A stretch of 64,000 bases of DNA, taken from NCBI GenBank assembly GCA_009692615.1, contig SHYW01000004.1, positions 8,273-72,272 of the forward strand. Direction: 5' to 3'. Below the pieces are notes generated by a model. The model saw only the letters and a program-made list of their open reading frames with translations, was not told the DNA's origin and made no database searches. A program made the translations under genes and the position numbers. Origin of the DNA: Deltaproteobacteria bacterium (GTDB taxonomy: Bacteria; Desulfobacterota; Binatia; UBA9968). Positions 55,589-64,000 of this stretch are shown here, in pieces (the stretch's first letter is position 1; each line of letters opens with the position of its first letter).

Positions 55589-56902
55589 ATGCAGTTGAAT
55601 CGAGAATCGCTCAAAGATATCTTGATCACCGTCGTCCTGCCGCTGCTCGCGGTGACCGGCGCATTCTGGGTCGCCGCCAAATTCGTCAAGCCCGCGCCGC
55701 CCGATAGTTTTGTTATGACTACCGGTGCCGATGGCGGCGCTTATCATCTGTTCGCGCAACGCTACCGCGACATTCTCAAACGGGAAAAGATCACGGTTAC
55801 GCTGAAACCGTCGGCGGGCTCCATCGACAATTTGCAGCGCTTACAGAAGAGCGACAGCGGTTTTGACGTTGGCTTGATTCAGGCCGGCGTCGTTCTCGGT
55901 GAACCGCCCGCGGGCCTGCGTTCCCTCGGCGCGGTGGCTTACGAACCGTTGTGGATTTTTTATCGCGGCAAAGAAGACCTCGACAAACTGAGTCAGCTCG
56001 CCGGCAAGCGCGTCGCCGTCGGCGCCGAAGGCAGCGGCACCCGCGCCCTCGCGCTGCAATTATTAAAAATTAGCGGCATCGACGGCTCGACCAGCGAACT
56101 GTTACCGATTGGCGGCAATGAAGCGGTAAGCGCGCTCATCGAAGAATCGGTCGACGCCGCGCTGTTGGTCGCGTCAGCCGACGCGCCCACAGTGCAAACC
56201 TTGGCCAAAGCCAAAGACATCAAGCTGGCAAATTTAATCCAGGCCGAAGCGTTCACGCGCCGCTTCCCTTATCTGACCTCCATGCAGTTGCCGCGCGGAG
56301 CCGTCGACATCGCCGCCGACTTGCCGGCGCGCGACGTCACCTTGATCGCCACCACCGCCAACTTGATCGTCAAAGAAGATTTTCACCCGGCGTTGGGCTA
56401 CTTGCTGCTGCAAGCCGCCAGCGAAGTCCACGGCCGCTCCGGCATGCTGCAAAAGGCCGGCGACTTTCCCGCCGCCAAGGAAATTGAATTCGTTCTCGCC
56501 GACGAAGCCAAGCGCTTTTACAAAACCGGCACGCCGTTCTTGCAGCGCTACTTGCCCTTCTGGGTGGCGAATTTAATCGAACGCATGGCAGTGTTGTTGC
56601 TGCCGCTGGTCGCCGTGCTCTTGCCGCTGTTTAAAATTCTGCCGGCGCTGATCCAATGGCGCAACAAATCGCGCCTGTTCAAATGGTACGGCGAGTTGAA
56701 ATATTTGGAAGCCCAGGCCGCGGCCGACCCCGAGGTCGCGCAACTCGGCAACTATCTCCATCGTCTCGACGATATCGAAATCGGCATCAACAATACCCGG
56801 GTGAGCGCAAACTATTCCGACTACGTTTACAACCTGCGTCTCCATGTCAACCTCGTGCGTGATCGGCTGCACAGGATTACCCAACAAAGCCAAACCGGCT
56901 AG
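55589..56902 (+). CDS. TAXI-family TRAP-type solute-binding protein with N-terminal TM anchor and an extra C-terminal TM plus ~90-aa tail
   Basis: TTGADGGAYHLFAQ TAXI glycine motif. The N-terminus is a single TM rather than a cleavable signal. After the binding domain comes a TM (LPFWVANLIERMAVLLLPLVAVLLPLFKILPALIQW) and then a hydrophilic tail. Confidence 0.55.
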   Translation: MQLNRESLKDILITVVLPLLAVTGAFWVAAKFVKPAPPDSFVMTTGADGGAYHLFAQRYRDILKREKITVTLKPSAGSIDNLQRLQKSDSGFDVGLIQAGVVLGEPPAGLRSLGAVAYEPLWIFYRGKEDLDKLSQLAGKRVAVGAEGSGTRALALQLLKISGIDGSTSELLPIGGNEAVSALIEESVDAALLVASADAPTVQTLAKAKDIKLANLIQAEAFTRRFPYLTSMQLPRGAVDIAADLPARDVTLIATTANLIVKEDFHPALGYLLLQAASEVHGRSGMLQKAGDFPAAKEIEFVLADEAKRFYKTGTPFLQRYLPFWVANLIERMAVLLLPLVAVLLPLFKILPALIQWRNKSRLFKWYGELKYLEAQAAADPEVAQLGNYLHRLDDIEIGINNTRVSANYSDYVYNLRLHVNLVRDRLHRITQQSQTG

Positions 56903-56915
56903 GGAGAAATACGCC

Positions 56916-57395
56916 ATGATCAAAGGACTGCATCACAGCGCCTACCGTTGCCGCGACTCGGAACAGACGCGCAAGTTCTACGAAGATTTTCTCGGCTTGA
57001 AATTGGTCGGGTCCCTGGCGATCAAAGACCGGCCGAAACTTGCCAAGAGCAACGTGCTGCACACCTTCTTTCAGATGGACGACGGATCGTGCTTGGCATT
57101 TTTCGAAGCTCTGGACATGCCCTTCGAGTTCAAAGCGCAACAAGATTTCGACTTGCACATCGCCTTGGAAGTCGACGAACCGACGCTGCACGCGATGTTC
57201 GCCAAGGGAAAAGAACAGGGCATCGATACCCGCGGCATCGCCGACCACGGCATGGTGCACTCGATTTACTTCCGCGATCCCAACGGCTACGTCGTCGAGC
57301 TAACGACAAAAATGCCAAGCCACGACGAAGCGATGAATCCGGCAACGAACAAGGCCCGCGCGATCCTCGACGACTGGCAGCAAATGAAAGCGTAA
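56916..57395 (+). CDS. VOC family protein
   Basis: MIKGLHHSAYRCRDSEQTRKFYEDFLGLKLV.. Confidence 0.65.
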   Translation: MIKGLHHSAYRCRDSEQTRKFYEDFLGLKLVGSLAIKDRPKLAKSNVLHTFFQMDDGSCLAFFEALDMPFEFKAQQDFDLHIALEVDEPTLHAMFAKGKEQGIDTRGIADHGMVHSIYFRDPNGYVVELTTKMPSHDEAMNPATNKARAILDDWQQMKA

Positions 57396-57417
57396 AGCGG
57401 TATAGCATTCGAATTCT

Positions 57418-57492
57418 GCTTTTGCGTCCCTTTGCGTTCTTTGCGGCCAATCCTCCGATTCCGGTAGGGGACGGTCGCGACCGTCCCCTACA
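57418..57492. repeat. composite repeat: family F copy plus family B-like hairpin (gtaggggacggtcgcgaccgtcccctac)
   Basis: The family F part matches 1941-1990. The hairpin has a perfect 12-bp stem. Confidence 0.5.
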
Positions 57493-57502
57493 TCGAAGCA
57501 AC

Positions 57503-58719
57503 CTATTCCGCCAAACGCTTAAGGCGCGCGCCGAGGAAGATGTAACCGACCAGCGCCAAGACGATCGCACCCGCGGCGATGGCGATGGGCGCGCTGGTCC
57601 ATTCGGCGACGAATCCTGCTTGCATGCCGCCCAACTCGCGCAAGCCGCCGCCGGTGAGACCGTAAAATCCCGACACTCGCCCACGATACGATTCCTCGAC
57701 GCGTAACTGAATCGATGTATTGAGCAAGGTTTCGAACACCGTGCTGAGCGCGCCGACGACGACCAACGTGGCAAACGCAAGCCAAGCAACCGTGTTAAGC
57801 GCGAAGAAGCACAGGCAGATCGAAAACGCCAACAACAGCGCAACCAAGATCGGTCGGCGTGATCGCACGCGGCCGACTGACGCCAAGGTCAATGAACCGA
57901 TGATCGTGCCAAGGCCGGGACCGGCGGAGATGAAACCGAATCCCGACGCGCCGACGTGCAGAACTTCCTTGGCGACCACCGGCAGCAAAGTAATGTAGGA
58001 GCGGCCAAAAATATTGAACAGCGCCGATACCGAGAGAAAAGTCATGATGATGCGCTCGCCGCGCACGTAGGTAAACGCCGGCTCAAACTCTCCAACACGC
58101 TGGACTTCGGCGCCTCGACATTTTTCGGGACATGCATGCGCAGCAGCGCGCCGATGACCGCGAGATAGCTGATAACGTTGGCGTAGAAACAGCCGTCGAT
58201 GCCGATGTAAGCGACGGAAACGCCGACCAGACTCGGACCGATCAATCCCGCGCCGTTCCAAGTGAGTGCGTTTAAAGCGATGGCATTGACCAACACGTCG
58301 CGATCGACCAACTGCGGCAGCAGCGCTTGGCGCACCGGCTGTTCGAAGGCCCAGGTCGTCGAAGTGATCGCGCCAAGCACGAAGATATGCCAGACGCGGA
58401 TCGAATCGGTCGAGATCAGCAGCGCCAACACCAGCGCGGTCAGCGCGGCGATGATTTGAATCGCCAGCAACACCTTGCGCCGGTCGATACGATCGGACAT
58501 GACGCCGCCGAGAATAAAAAAGCTCAGCAGCAAGACCATGCGCAGCGAACTGAACAGACCAAGATAAAGCGGCGACGCGGTGAGATCGAAGAGCAGCCAG
58601 CCCATGGCGATGCTCTGCATCCATGAGCCGACGTTGGAGACGAAGTAGCTCGACCAAAACCAAAAATAGTTGGGATAACTGAGTGCGCGAAAGGCGCCGG
58701 AGCTGCGATCGAATTTCAA
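57503..58719 (-). pseudogene. MFS transporter with frameshift in the TM6-TM7 loop
   Basis: The N-terminal half (58042-58719, good MFS up to ..LRMHVPKNVEAPKS) and the C-terminal half (from ..EFEPAFTYVRGERIIMTFLS, 57503-~58100) lie in different frames. The shift is at about 58085-58110. Confidence 0.5.
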
Positions 58720-58782
58720 ATCATTGCCAGATCAAGTGGATTGTTTAAGTGAAAGCCCGGAACATCGAACTCGATACACGCG

Positions 58783-59757
58783 TCACGGAACCTTGTAGCC
58801 CAACTCCTTCGCCACTTCTCGGGCGATGCGGTCGTCGGCGATCTCGTCGAAGGCGACCTTGCGATCGGTGAATTGACCGGCGGCTTGGAGCGACTTCATA
58901 ATCAAGTCCATCCCCTCGTGCGTCGGCACGCCGCTACCGCTGACGGTCTTTTTAAGAGCGTCGTAAGTGTCCTCCGCCGCCTCTTTATCGACCTGCAAGT
59001 ATTTCAACATCAGCGCCGTGGCTTTTTCCTTGGAGCGCAGCACTTCTTGCTTGGCCAATTGCAGCGAGCGCAGCACGCGCTTTACTTCGTCGGGACGGTT
59101 GCGGAGCGTCGACACCATGGTGGTCAAGCCGCCCAGCGGCATTTTTACTTTCGAGCCGACATCGAGCACTTCGCGAAAACGTTTCTTCTTAGCGTAAAAA
59201 TCGAAGGGCGGGCTGAACATCGCCGCCTCGACAGTGCCGGTTTCCAACGCCGGCAGCATCTGCGCCGCACCGAGCACGACGTAAACGAAATTCTTCGGAT
59301 TCTCCCCGGCGGCTTCGAGGGCGATCTGCAGGGCGACATGTGACGTGCCGCCGAGCCCCGTGATACCGATTTTCTTGCCGCGCAGATCGCGCAGATTCGG
59401 TATCTCGGGGCGGGCCATCAGGGAATAAATCAACTGGTCCGAGGCAAACCACACGCCGCGCGACTGCATGCCGCGCAAAGTGGCGGTTACGGAAGCCGGC
59501 CCGACGCCGGTGAAATATTGAATCTCGTTGGCCATCATCGCCATATTGCCGATCTGCGAACGGATCTGCACGATCTCGACATGCAACCCGTTCTCCTCGA
59601 AAATCTTCCATTGAATTCCGCCGTACAAAGCCAAACAGCAAATACCGCCGCTCGGATAGGCGACACGGATTTTACGCAGCTCCTGCGCGCTCGCCGCCGC
59701 GGCGAACCCGCCAAGCAAGGCGATGACGATCGCCCGACGAAACAATTTTCTGTGCAT
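58783..59757 (-). CDS. NMT1/THI5/SsuA-like substrate-binding protein
   Basis: Signal peptide, and ..LRGKKIGITGLGGTSH.. Confidence 0.7.
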   Translation of the reverse strand: MHRKLFRRAIVIALLGGFAAAASAQELRKIRVAYPSGGICCLALYGGIQWKIFEENGLHVEIVQIRSQIGNMAMMANEIQYFTGVGPASVTATLRGMQSRGVWFASDQLIYSLMARPEIPNLRDLRGKKIGITGLGGTSHVALQIALEAAGENPKNFVYVVLGAAQMLPALETGTVEAAMFSPPFDFYAKKKRFREVLDVGSKVKMPLGGLTTMVSTLRNRPDEVKRVLRSLQLAKQEVLRSKEKATALMLKYLQVDKEAAEDTYDALKKTVSGSGVPTHEGMDLIMKSLQAAGQFTDRKVAFDEIADDRIAREVAKELGYKVP

Positions 59758-59854
59758 AGTGCGCTCCCTGCCTCCGGTTTATGCCATCGTTGTAAGTCCG
59801 TCAAATGATCCGCCTTTGGGGTGTGTTTCATTTTGTTTTTAACATCGCATCTCA

Positions 59855-59923
59855 CTGTAGGGGCCGACCTGCGTGTCGGCCCTCTGAACGGGCGGACACA
59901 TAGGTCCGCCTCTACAAATTCAG
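59855..59923. repeat. repeat family B full copy (two hairpins)
   Basis: ctgtaggggccgacctgcgtgtcggcccc followed by gggcggac-acatag-gtccgcc. Confidence 0.5.
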
Positions 59924-59993
59924 GCGAAACTGAATCACTACCCGCCTTTGGCATTAGTTGACAGTCTCCTCACGCCCATGTTTAGTGACCGTC

Positions 59994-60944
59994 ATGCGCA
60001 GCAAGATTTTCTTTCTGGCCCTGCTCCTGCTCTTTGACAGTTCCCCAGCGTTCGCCCAACTGAAAAAAGTTCGCTTCTCGGTGAGCGCCGCATCCATCGC
60101 CGAACTGCCCTTTCGCATCGCCCATGTCAAAGGCTTCTATCGCGAAGAAGGGCTCGACGTCGAAGTGATCTTCATTCGCGGCGCGGTGGGCATGCAGGCG
60201 TTGCTCGGCGGCTCGGTGGATTTCACCTCGGCGTCGGGCTCGACCATCGCGGCGGCTGTGCGCGGTATCCCAGTGAAATTAGTTTTCATCGCCTCGGCCA
60301 AACCGCAGTTCGACATGGTCGCGCAAAAAGAGATTCGCTCGATGAACGACCTCAAAGGCAAATTCGTCGGCATCTCGTCGCGCGGCGGCGCCATCGATTT
60401 GCTTACTCAACTGATGGTCCAGAAACATGGCTTAACGCCGAACAAAGACGTCACCAGCCTGGTCATCGGCGGGCAAGAAGACACGGTGCTGGCGCTGCGC
60501 GCCGGCCGCATCGCCGCGGCGTTATTGACTCCGCCCCGGCCGTTGATATTGCAGCGCGAAGGTTTTAACCGCATCGGCTATTCCGGCGACTACATGCCGA
60601 CCTACCCGAGCGGCGGCATCGGCGTCACCGATGAGACGATCAAGAGCAAAACGCCGGAACTGCAAGCCTTCGTCAAAGCCAGCGTGCGCGGCTTGCAATA
60701 CGCCCGGCAAAATCGCGCCGACGCGAAAAAGCTCGTCGCCGATTATTTCGCCATCAAAGACGCCGCCCTGGCCGAGCAATTTTTCGACTTGTACTTGAGC
60801 CGCCTGCCGGTGAACGGTTCCGCCGACGAAGCCTGGATGAAAGGCGCCATCGAGTTCACTCAAAAGAGTTTAGGCGACGCATCCAAGGAAGCGAGCATGA
60901 GTCAAGTTTTCGATTTCAGTTTCGTGAATCGTGCGGTGCGATAA
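59994..60944 (+). CDS. NMT1/THI5/SsuA-like substrate-binding protein
   Basis: Signal peptide MRSKIFFLALLLLFDSSPAFA, and ..LKGKFVGISSRGGAID.. Confidence 0.7.
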   Translation: MRSKIFFLALLLLFDSSPAFAQLKKVRFSVSAASIAELPFRIAHVKGFYREEGLDVEVIFIRGAVGMQALLGGSVDFTSASGSTIAAAVRGIPVKLVFIASAKPQFDMVAQKEIRSMNDLKGKFVGISSRGGAIDLLTQLMVQKHGLTPNKDVTSLVIGGQEDTVLALRAGRIAAALLTPPRPLILQREGFNRIGYSGDYMPTYPSGGIGVTDETIKSKTPELQAFVKASVRGLQYARQNRADAKKLVADYFAIKDAALAEQFFDLYLSRLPVNGSADEAWMKGAIEFTQKSLGDASKEASMSQVFDFSFVNRAVR

Positions 60945-60949
60945 AGATT

Positions 60950-61036
60950 GCCCTCTCCCATCGGAATGGGCGAGGGAGTCGGAATCGATTTTGTTCCCTC
61001 GACCGCAACGCGGGAGAGGGTTAGGGTGAGGGCAGC
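60950..61036. repeat. repeat family D copy
   Basis: gccctctcccatcggaatgggcgagggagtcggaatcg..cgggagagggttagggtgaggg. Confidence 0.55.
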
Positions 61037-61054
61037 AAAATAAAGATTCTGAGT

Positions 61055-62674
61055 ATGCCAACCAGCCCCACACACACTCCCGTTCTCATCGCCGGCGCCG
61101 GCCCAGTTGGTCTCGCCCTCGCCAGTGAACTCGCTTATCGAAATATTCGCTGCTTAGTCGTCGAACAAACCGACGGCAGCGTCGACTTTCCGACGACCAA
61201 CTTGGCCAACACCCGCACCGTCGAACACCTGCGCCGCTGGGGCCTCGCCGATCGTATGCGCTACCAATCCGGCTATCCCACCGACTATCCGCGCAATTAT
61301 TTATTCGTCACGCGCATGGATGGCCATCTGATCGCCCGCTTCGATCATCCGGCCAACGGCGCGCCCGACGCGCGTTCGCCCTACAGCCCCGAAGGCCGGT
61401 TGTGGATTTCCAAACCCTACTTCGATCCGGTTTTGCGCGCCCATGTCGCGACGCTGCCGCAGGTCGAAGTGCGCTACGAGACTTCGTTCGAATCGTTTCA
61501 GCAAAACGACAACGGCGTCAGTGCCAAAGTCCTCGACAAAAAAACCGGTAGGAGCGAAATCATCGAAGCCGATTATCTCGTCGGCTGCGACGGCGGCCGG
61601 AGCAACATTCGCCGCGCCATCGAGATAAAATACGCCGGAGTTTTTTCCCAAGGCATGAACGTCGCCGTGCTGTTTCGCTCGCCGTTGTTGAAATTAATTA
61701 CCCACGGCCCGGCGGTGCAGTATCAAATCATCAACGCCCAGTTGAACGGCGCCATCGCCGCCGTCGACGGCAAAGAACTTTGGCGTTTGAACATCCGCAA
61801 CGTCAAACAAGAGCAGATCGATGGCTTGAACGCGCCGGAAAAACTGAGCTTCGCCCTCGGGCCGGACATTCCGTTTGAGTTGCTCGCCGTGCGCCCCTGG
61901 ACCGGCCACTGCGTGGTCGCCGACAGTTACCAAAAAGGCCGAGTCTTTCTCGCCGGCGACGCGGCGCATTTGAACTGGCCCGCCGGCGGCTTCGGCATGA
62001 ACACCGGCGTCGGCGACGCCGTCGACATCGGCTGGAAGCTCGCCGCCGTGCTCCAAGGCTGGGGCGGCGCGAATTTGTTAAATAGCTACACCGCGGAAAG
62101 AAAACCCATCGCCATGATCAACGTCAACGAAGCCGCCGAAATGCGCGCCAGCTTCGACAACCAAACGCCCTTCGCGCCGCAAATCGGCGACGACAGCGAC
62201 GAAGGTCAAGCGCTGCGCGAAAAAGCCCGCGCCGCGATCATGCGCACCCGGGCGAAAGAATTTCAGCACGACTCGGTCGGCATCGAACTCGGCTACCGCT
62301 ACGAGAACTCACCGATCTGCGTCGCCGACGGCACGCCCGCGCCGGAACTCGACCACGGCCTCTACGTCGCATCAACTTGGCCCGGCGCCCGCGCGCCCCA
62401 CGTCCAACTAAAAGACGGCCGCTCGACGCTAGATCTTTATGGCAAAACTTTTGTTCTGTTGAATTTCTCCGCCACGAACACGACCACGATCACGAACAGC
62501 GCCAAGCAAGTCGGCTTGCCGCTGGAAGTAATAGCCATCGATGAACCGACGGTACGCGAAATCTACGAACACGATTTAGTCCTAGTCCGCCCCGACGGCC
62601 ACGTCGCCTGGCGAGGCAATTCAATTCTAGCGAACCTCACCAAAATCATCGACAAAGTCCGCGGCGTAATATGA
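61055..62674 (+). CDS. FAD-dependent aromatic-ring monooxygenase (PheA/TfdB-type)
   Basis: VLIAGAGPVGLALASEL dinucleotide fold, ..GCDGGRSNIRR.., ..FLAGDAAH.., and a thioredoxin-like C-domain. Confidence 0.8.
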   Translation: MPTSPTHTPVLIAGAGPVGLALASELAYRNIRCLVVEQTDGSVDFPTTNLANTRTVEHLRRWGLADRMRYQSGYPTDYPRNYLFVTRMDGHLIARFDHPANGAPDARSPYSPEGRLWISKPYFDPVLRAHVATLPQVEVRYETSFESFQQNDNGVSAKVLDKKTGRSEIIEADYLVGCDGGRSNIRRAIEIKYAGVFSQGMNVAVLFRSPLLKLITHGPAVQYQIINAQLNGAIAAVDGKELWRLNIRNVKQEQIDGLNAPEKLSFALGPDIPFELLAVRPWTGHCVVADSYQKGRVFLAGDAAHLNWPAGGFGMNTGVGDAVDIGWKLAAVLQGWGGANLLNSYTAERKPIAMINVNEAAEMRASFDNQTPFAPQIGDDSDEGQALREKARAAIMRTRAKEFQHDSVGIELGYRYENSPICVADGTPAPELDHGLYVASTWPGARAPHVQLKDGRSTLDLYGKTFVLLNFSATNTTTITNSAKQVGLPLEVIAIDEPTVREIYEHDLVLVRPDGHVAWRGNSILANLTKIIDKVRGVI

Positions 62675-62707
62675 GCGTCATAGTTTTCATCCTAATCCGA
62701 TCCGACG

Positions 62708-62815
62708 TCCTTCCCCTTGACGGGGAAGGAATGAGCAAGGGGTGCGCAAAATATTTTAATAGCTTGCGCAGCACCCCTATCCTAACCTTCCACCGTCGAG
62801 GGGGAAGGAATAAGA
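62708..62815. repeat. repeat family E copy (three hairpins)
   Basis: ccttccccttgacggggaagg, then aggggtgcgcaa..ttgcgcagcacccct, then ccttccaccgtcgagggggaagg. Confidence 0.5.
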
Positions 62816-62825
62816 TTCGAAATCA

Positions 62826-63824
62826 ATGAACAAACATATTCAAAACTTTTTACGGATCACGCTACTGCTCGGCGCCTTCGCATCTTCAACACACGCGGCG
62901 ACAAAAGTTTCTTTCCCCTTTACACCCATCAGCGCCGCCAGTTTGCCCTGGTGGATGGCCAAGGAATCGCACTTCTACGAAAAATACGGCCTCGACGTGG
63001 ACATGATCTACGTCGGCGCGTCGCCGGTGATCATCCAAGCGATGCTCGGCGGCCAAGCCTTCATCGGCGCCGGCGGCGGACCGCCGTTGGTCGGCAATGT
63101 TTTGCAAGGCGGCGACATCGTCCAGGTCGCCACCACCGTGCCCTACGCGATTCAATCGCTGATCGTCAAAGCGGAAATCAAAACGCCCACCGATTTGGCC
63201 GGTAAACGAATCGCCATCAGCCGCCTCGGCGCGATTCCCCATTTCACGCTCCAAGCGATCGTCAAAATGCACAACGTTCAAGGTATCAACATCGTACAAA
63301 CCGGCACGACCACGCAGGCGATCGCGAGTTTGTCCCAAGGCCTGGTCGACGGCATGATCACCTCGGCGCCGTTCACGTTTCGCATGATGAAAGATGGCTA
63401 TAGAGAACTGGTCGGACCAAAAGATTTCAAAAAAGCCGGCGTGGAATTTTTGATCCAAGGATTGGTCGCGCGCAAATCCATCGCCGCGAAAAACCGTGAA
63501 GCGACCGTCGCCATGATCAAAGCGACCATGGAAGGAATCAAACAAATCTTCGTCAACGAGAAGCTGACCAAGTCCGTGCTCGCCAAATACACCCGCCAAA
63601 CCGACCCAGAAATCCTCGATCAAACCTACAAATTCGCCCTCGATATTTTCGTCAAAGACCCAACCGTCACGCCCAGCTCGATCCAACCGATCGTGCAGCA
63701 GTCCGCGCAGTTCAACCTCGTCGACGCCAAAGCAGCCAACAGCACGCCGCTGAGCGCCTACTACGACAACGGCTATATCGAAGAGATAAAACGGAGCGGA
63801 TGGTTGGCGGAATTGTGGCGGTGA
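62826..63824 (+). CDS. NMT1/THI5/SsuA-like substrate-binding protein
   Basis: Signal peptide, and ..LAGKRIAISRLGAIPH.. Confidence 0.7.
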   Translation: MNKHIQNFLRITLLLGAFASSTHAATKVSFPFTPISAASLPWWMAKESHFYEKYGLDVDMIYVGASPVIIQAMLGGQAFIGAGGGPPLVGNVLQGGDIVQVATTVPYAIQSLIVKAEIKTPTDLAGKRIAISRLGAIPHFTLQAIVKMHNVQGINIVQTGTTTQAIASLSQGLVDGMITSAPFTFRMMKDGYRELVGPKDFKKAGVEFLIQGLVARKSIAAKNREATVAMIKATMEGIKQIFVNEKLTKSVLAKYTRQTDPEILDQTYKFALDIFVKDPTVTPSSIQPIVQQSAQFNLVDAKAANSTPLSAYYDNGYIEEIKRSGWLAELWR

Positions 63825-64000
63825 ACCAACCATTGCTGAACAGATCCCGCGTTGACCAAGTCGGCAGCCTGCTCCGCCCGCAAGCTCTGAAGGACGCATA
63901 CGTCCGCCACGGCAATGGCGAAATGGGCGACGACGAATTGACGCAAGTTCAAGACGAGTCGGTCAAAGAGTTAATCGCCAAGCAAGACGCTCAGGGCCTT
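63824..64000 (+). CDS. partial CDS (5' end only): cobalamin-independent methionine synthase (MetE C-terminal domain)-like family
   Basis: VNQPLLNRSRVDQVGSLLRPQALKDA.. resembles the ..TTxVGSLPRPxEL.. N-terminus of the MetE-like family. GTG start, running off the window. Confidence 0.3.

Noticed and set aside
1-64000. CRISPR array, rRNA or tRNA genes
   Set aside because: The repeats are palindromic and irregularly spaced, without uniform spacers. No tRNA cloverleaf-like or rRNA-like segments were seen. The four-helix-bundle protein gene is not embedded in rRNA here.

Overview
This is a roughly 60% GC bacterial chromosomal segment, probably from a Gram-negative-type environmental genome. It is gene-dense and dominated by catabolic and redox enzymes. 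The sequence supports the following families.

- **Oxidoreductases and small-molecule enzymes:** a three-subunit molybdenum hydroxylase of the xanthine dehydrogenase family (medium, large and small subunits); a UbiD-family decarboxylase; two LLM-class flavin oxidoreductases; an FAD-dependent aromatic monooxygenase; an aldehyde dehydrogenase; an acyl-CoA dehydrogenase; several VOC (glyoxalase-like) proteins, one of them interrupted by a stop codon; and a cupin.
- **Hydrolases and related enzymes:** two M24 peptidases, an M20 peptidase, an M50 protease, an enolase-superfamily (mandelate racemase / muconate lactonizing) enzyme, an opine dehydrogenase family protein, an amidohydrolase, and a 3-hydroxyanthranilate dioxygenase running off the left edge.
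- **C5-dicarboxylate catabolism:** a cluster of family III CoA-transferase, MaoC hydratase, acyl-CoA dehydrogenase, MFS transporter and CitE-like lyase that resembles itaconate/mesaconate degradation.
- **Transport:** an unusually large number of orphan solute-binding proteins. Five are NMT1/SsuA-like, four are family-1 iron(III)-type, and one is a TAXI-like protein with extra transmembrane segments. Only one fused iron-type ABC permease and no ATPase are present.
- **Housekeeping:** ychF and tspO.
- **Toxin-antitoxin content:** an intact mazEF-like pair, a DUF4926 / DUF4258-like / DUF2283 trio, a decayed vapBC-like pair, and a nucleotidyltransferase-fold pair plus a paralogous fragment.

No rRNA, tRNA or CRISPR array was seen. 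Intergenic space is filled with at least six families (here called A to F) of nested palindromic REP/MITE-like repeats that recur in mosaic combinations.

The features most worth a second look are:

- **Insertion hotspot at the ychF 3' end:** two interleaved direct repeats, a duplicated ychF tail and a DUF4926 tail remnant, bracket small cassettes there.
- **Candidate caspase-like protein:** a cysteine-rich protein next to mazEF carrying a His-Gly ... Ala-Ala-Cys caspase/CHAT-like dyad.
- **Decay zone at 45.6-48.0 kb:** it contains in-frame TGA and TAG stops, a G8 homopolymer frameshift in a secreted-protein gene, and four copies of repeat family C.
- **Truncated UbiD paralog:** fused back to back with a Sel1-repeat fragment.
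- **Four-helix-bundle gene cassette:** an intervening-sequence type gene flanked by periodic inverted repeats.

Coordinates that I derived by counting positions by hand may be off by one or two bases. Coordinates tied to the ORF track are in frame.
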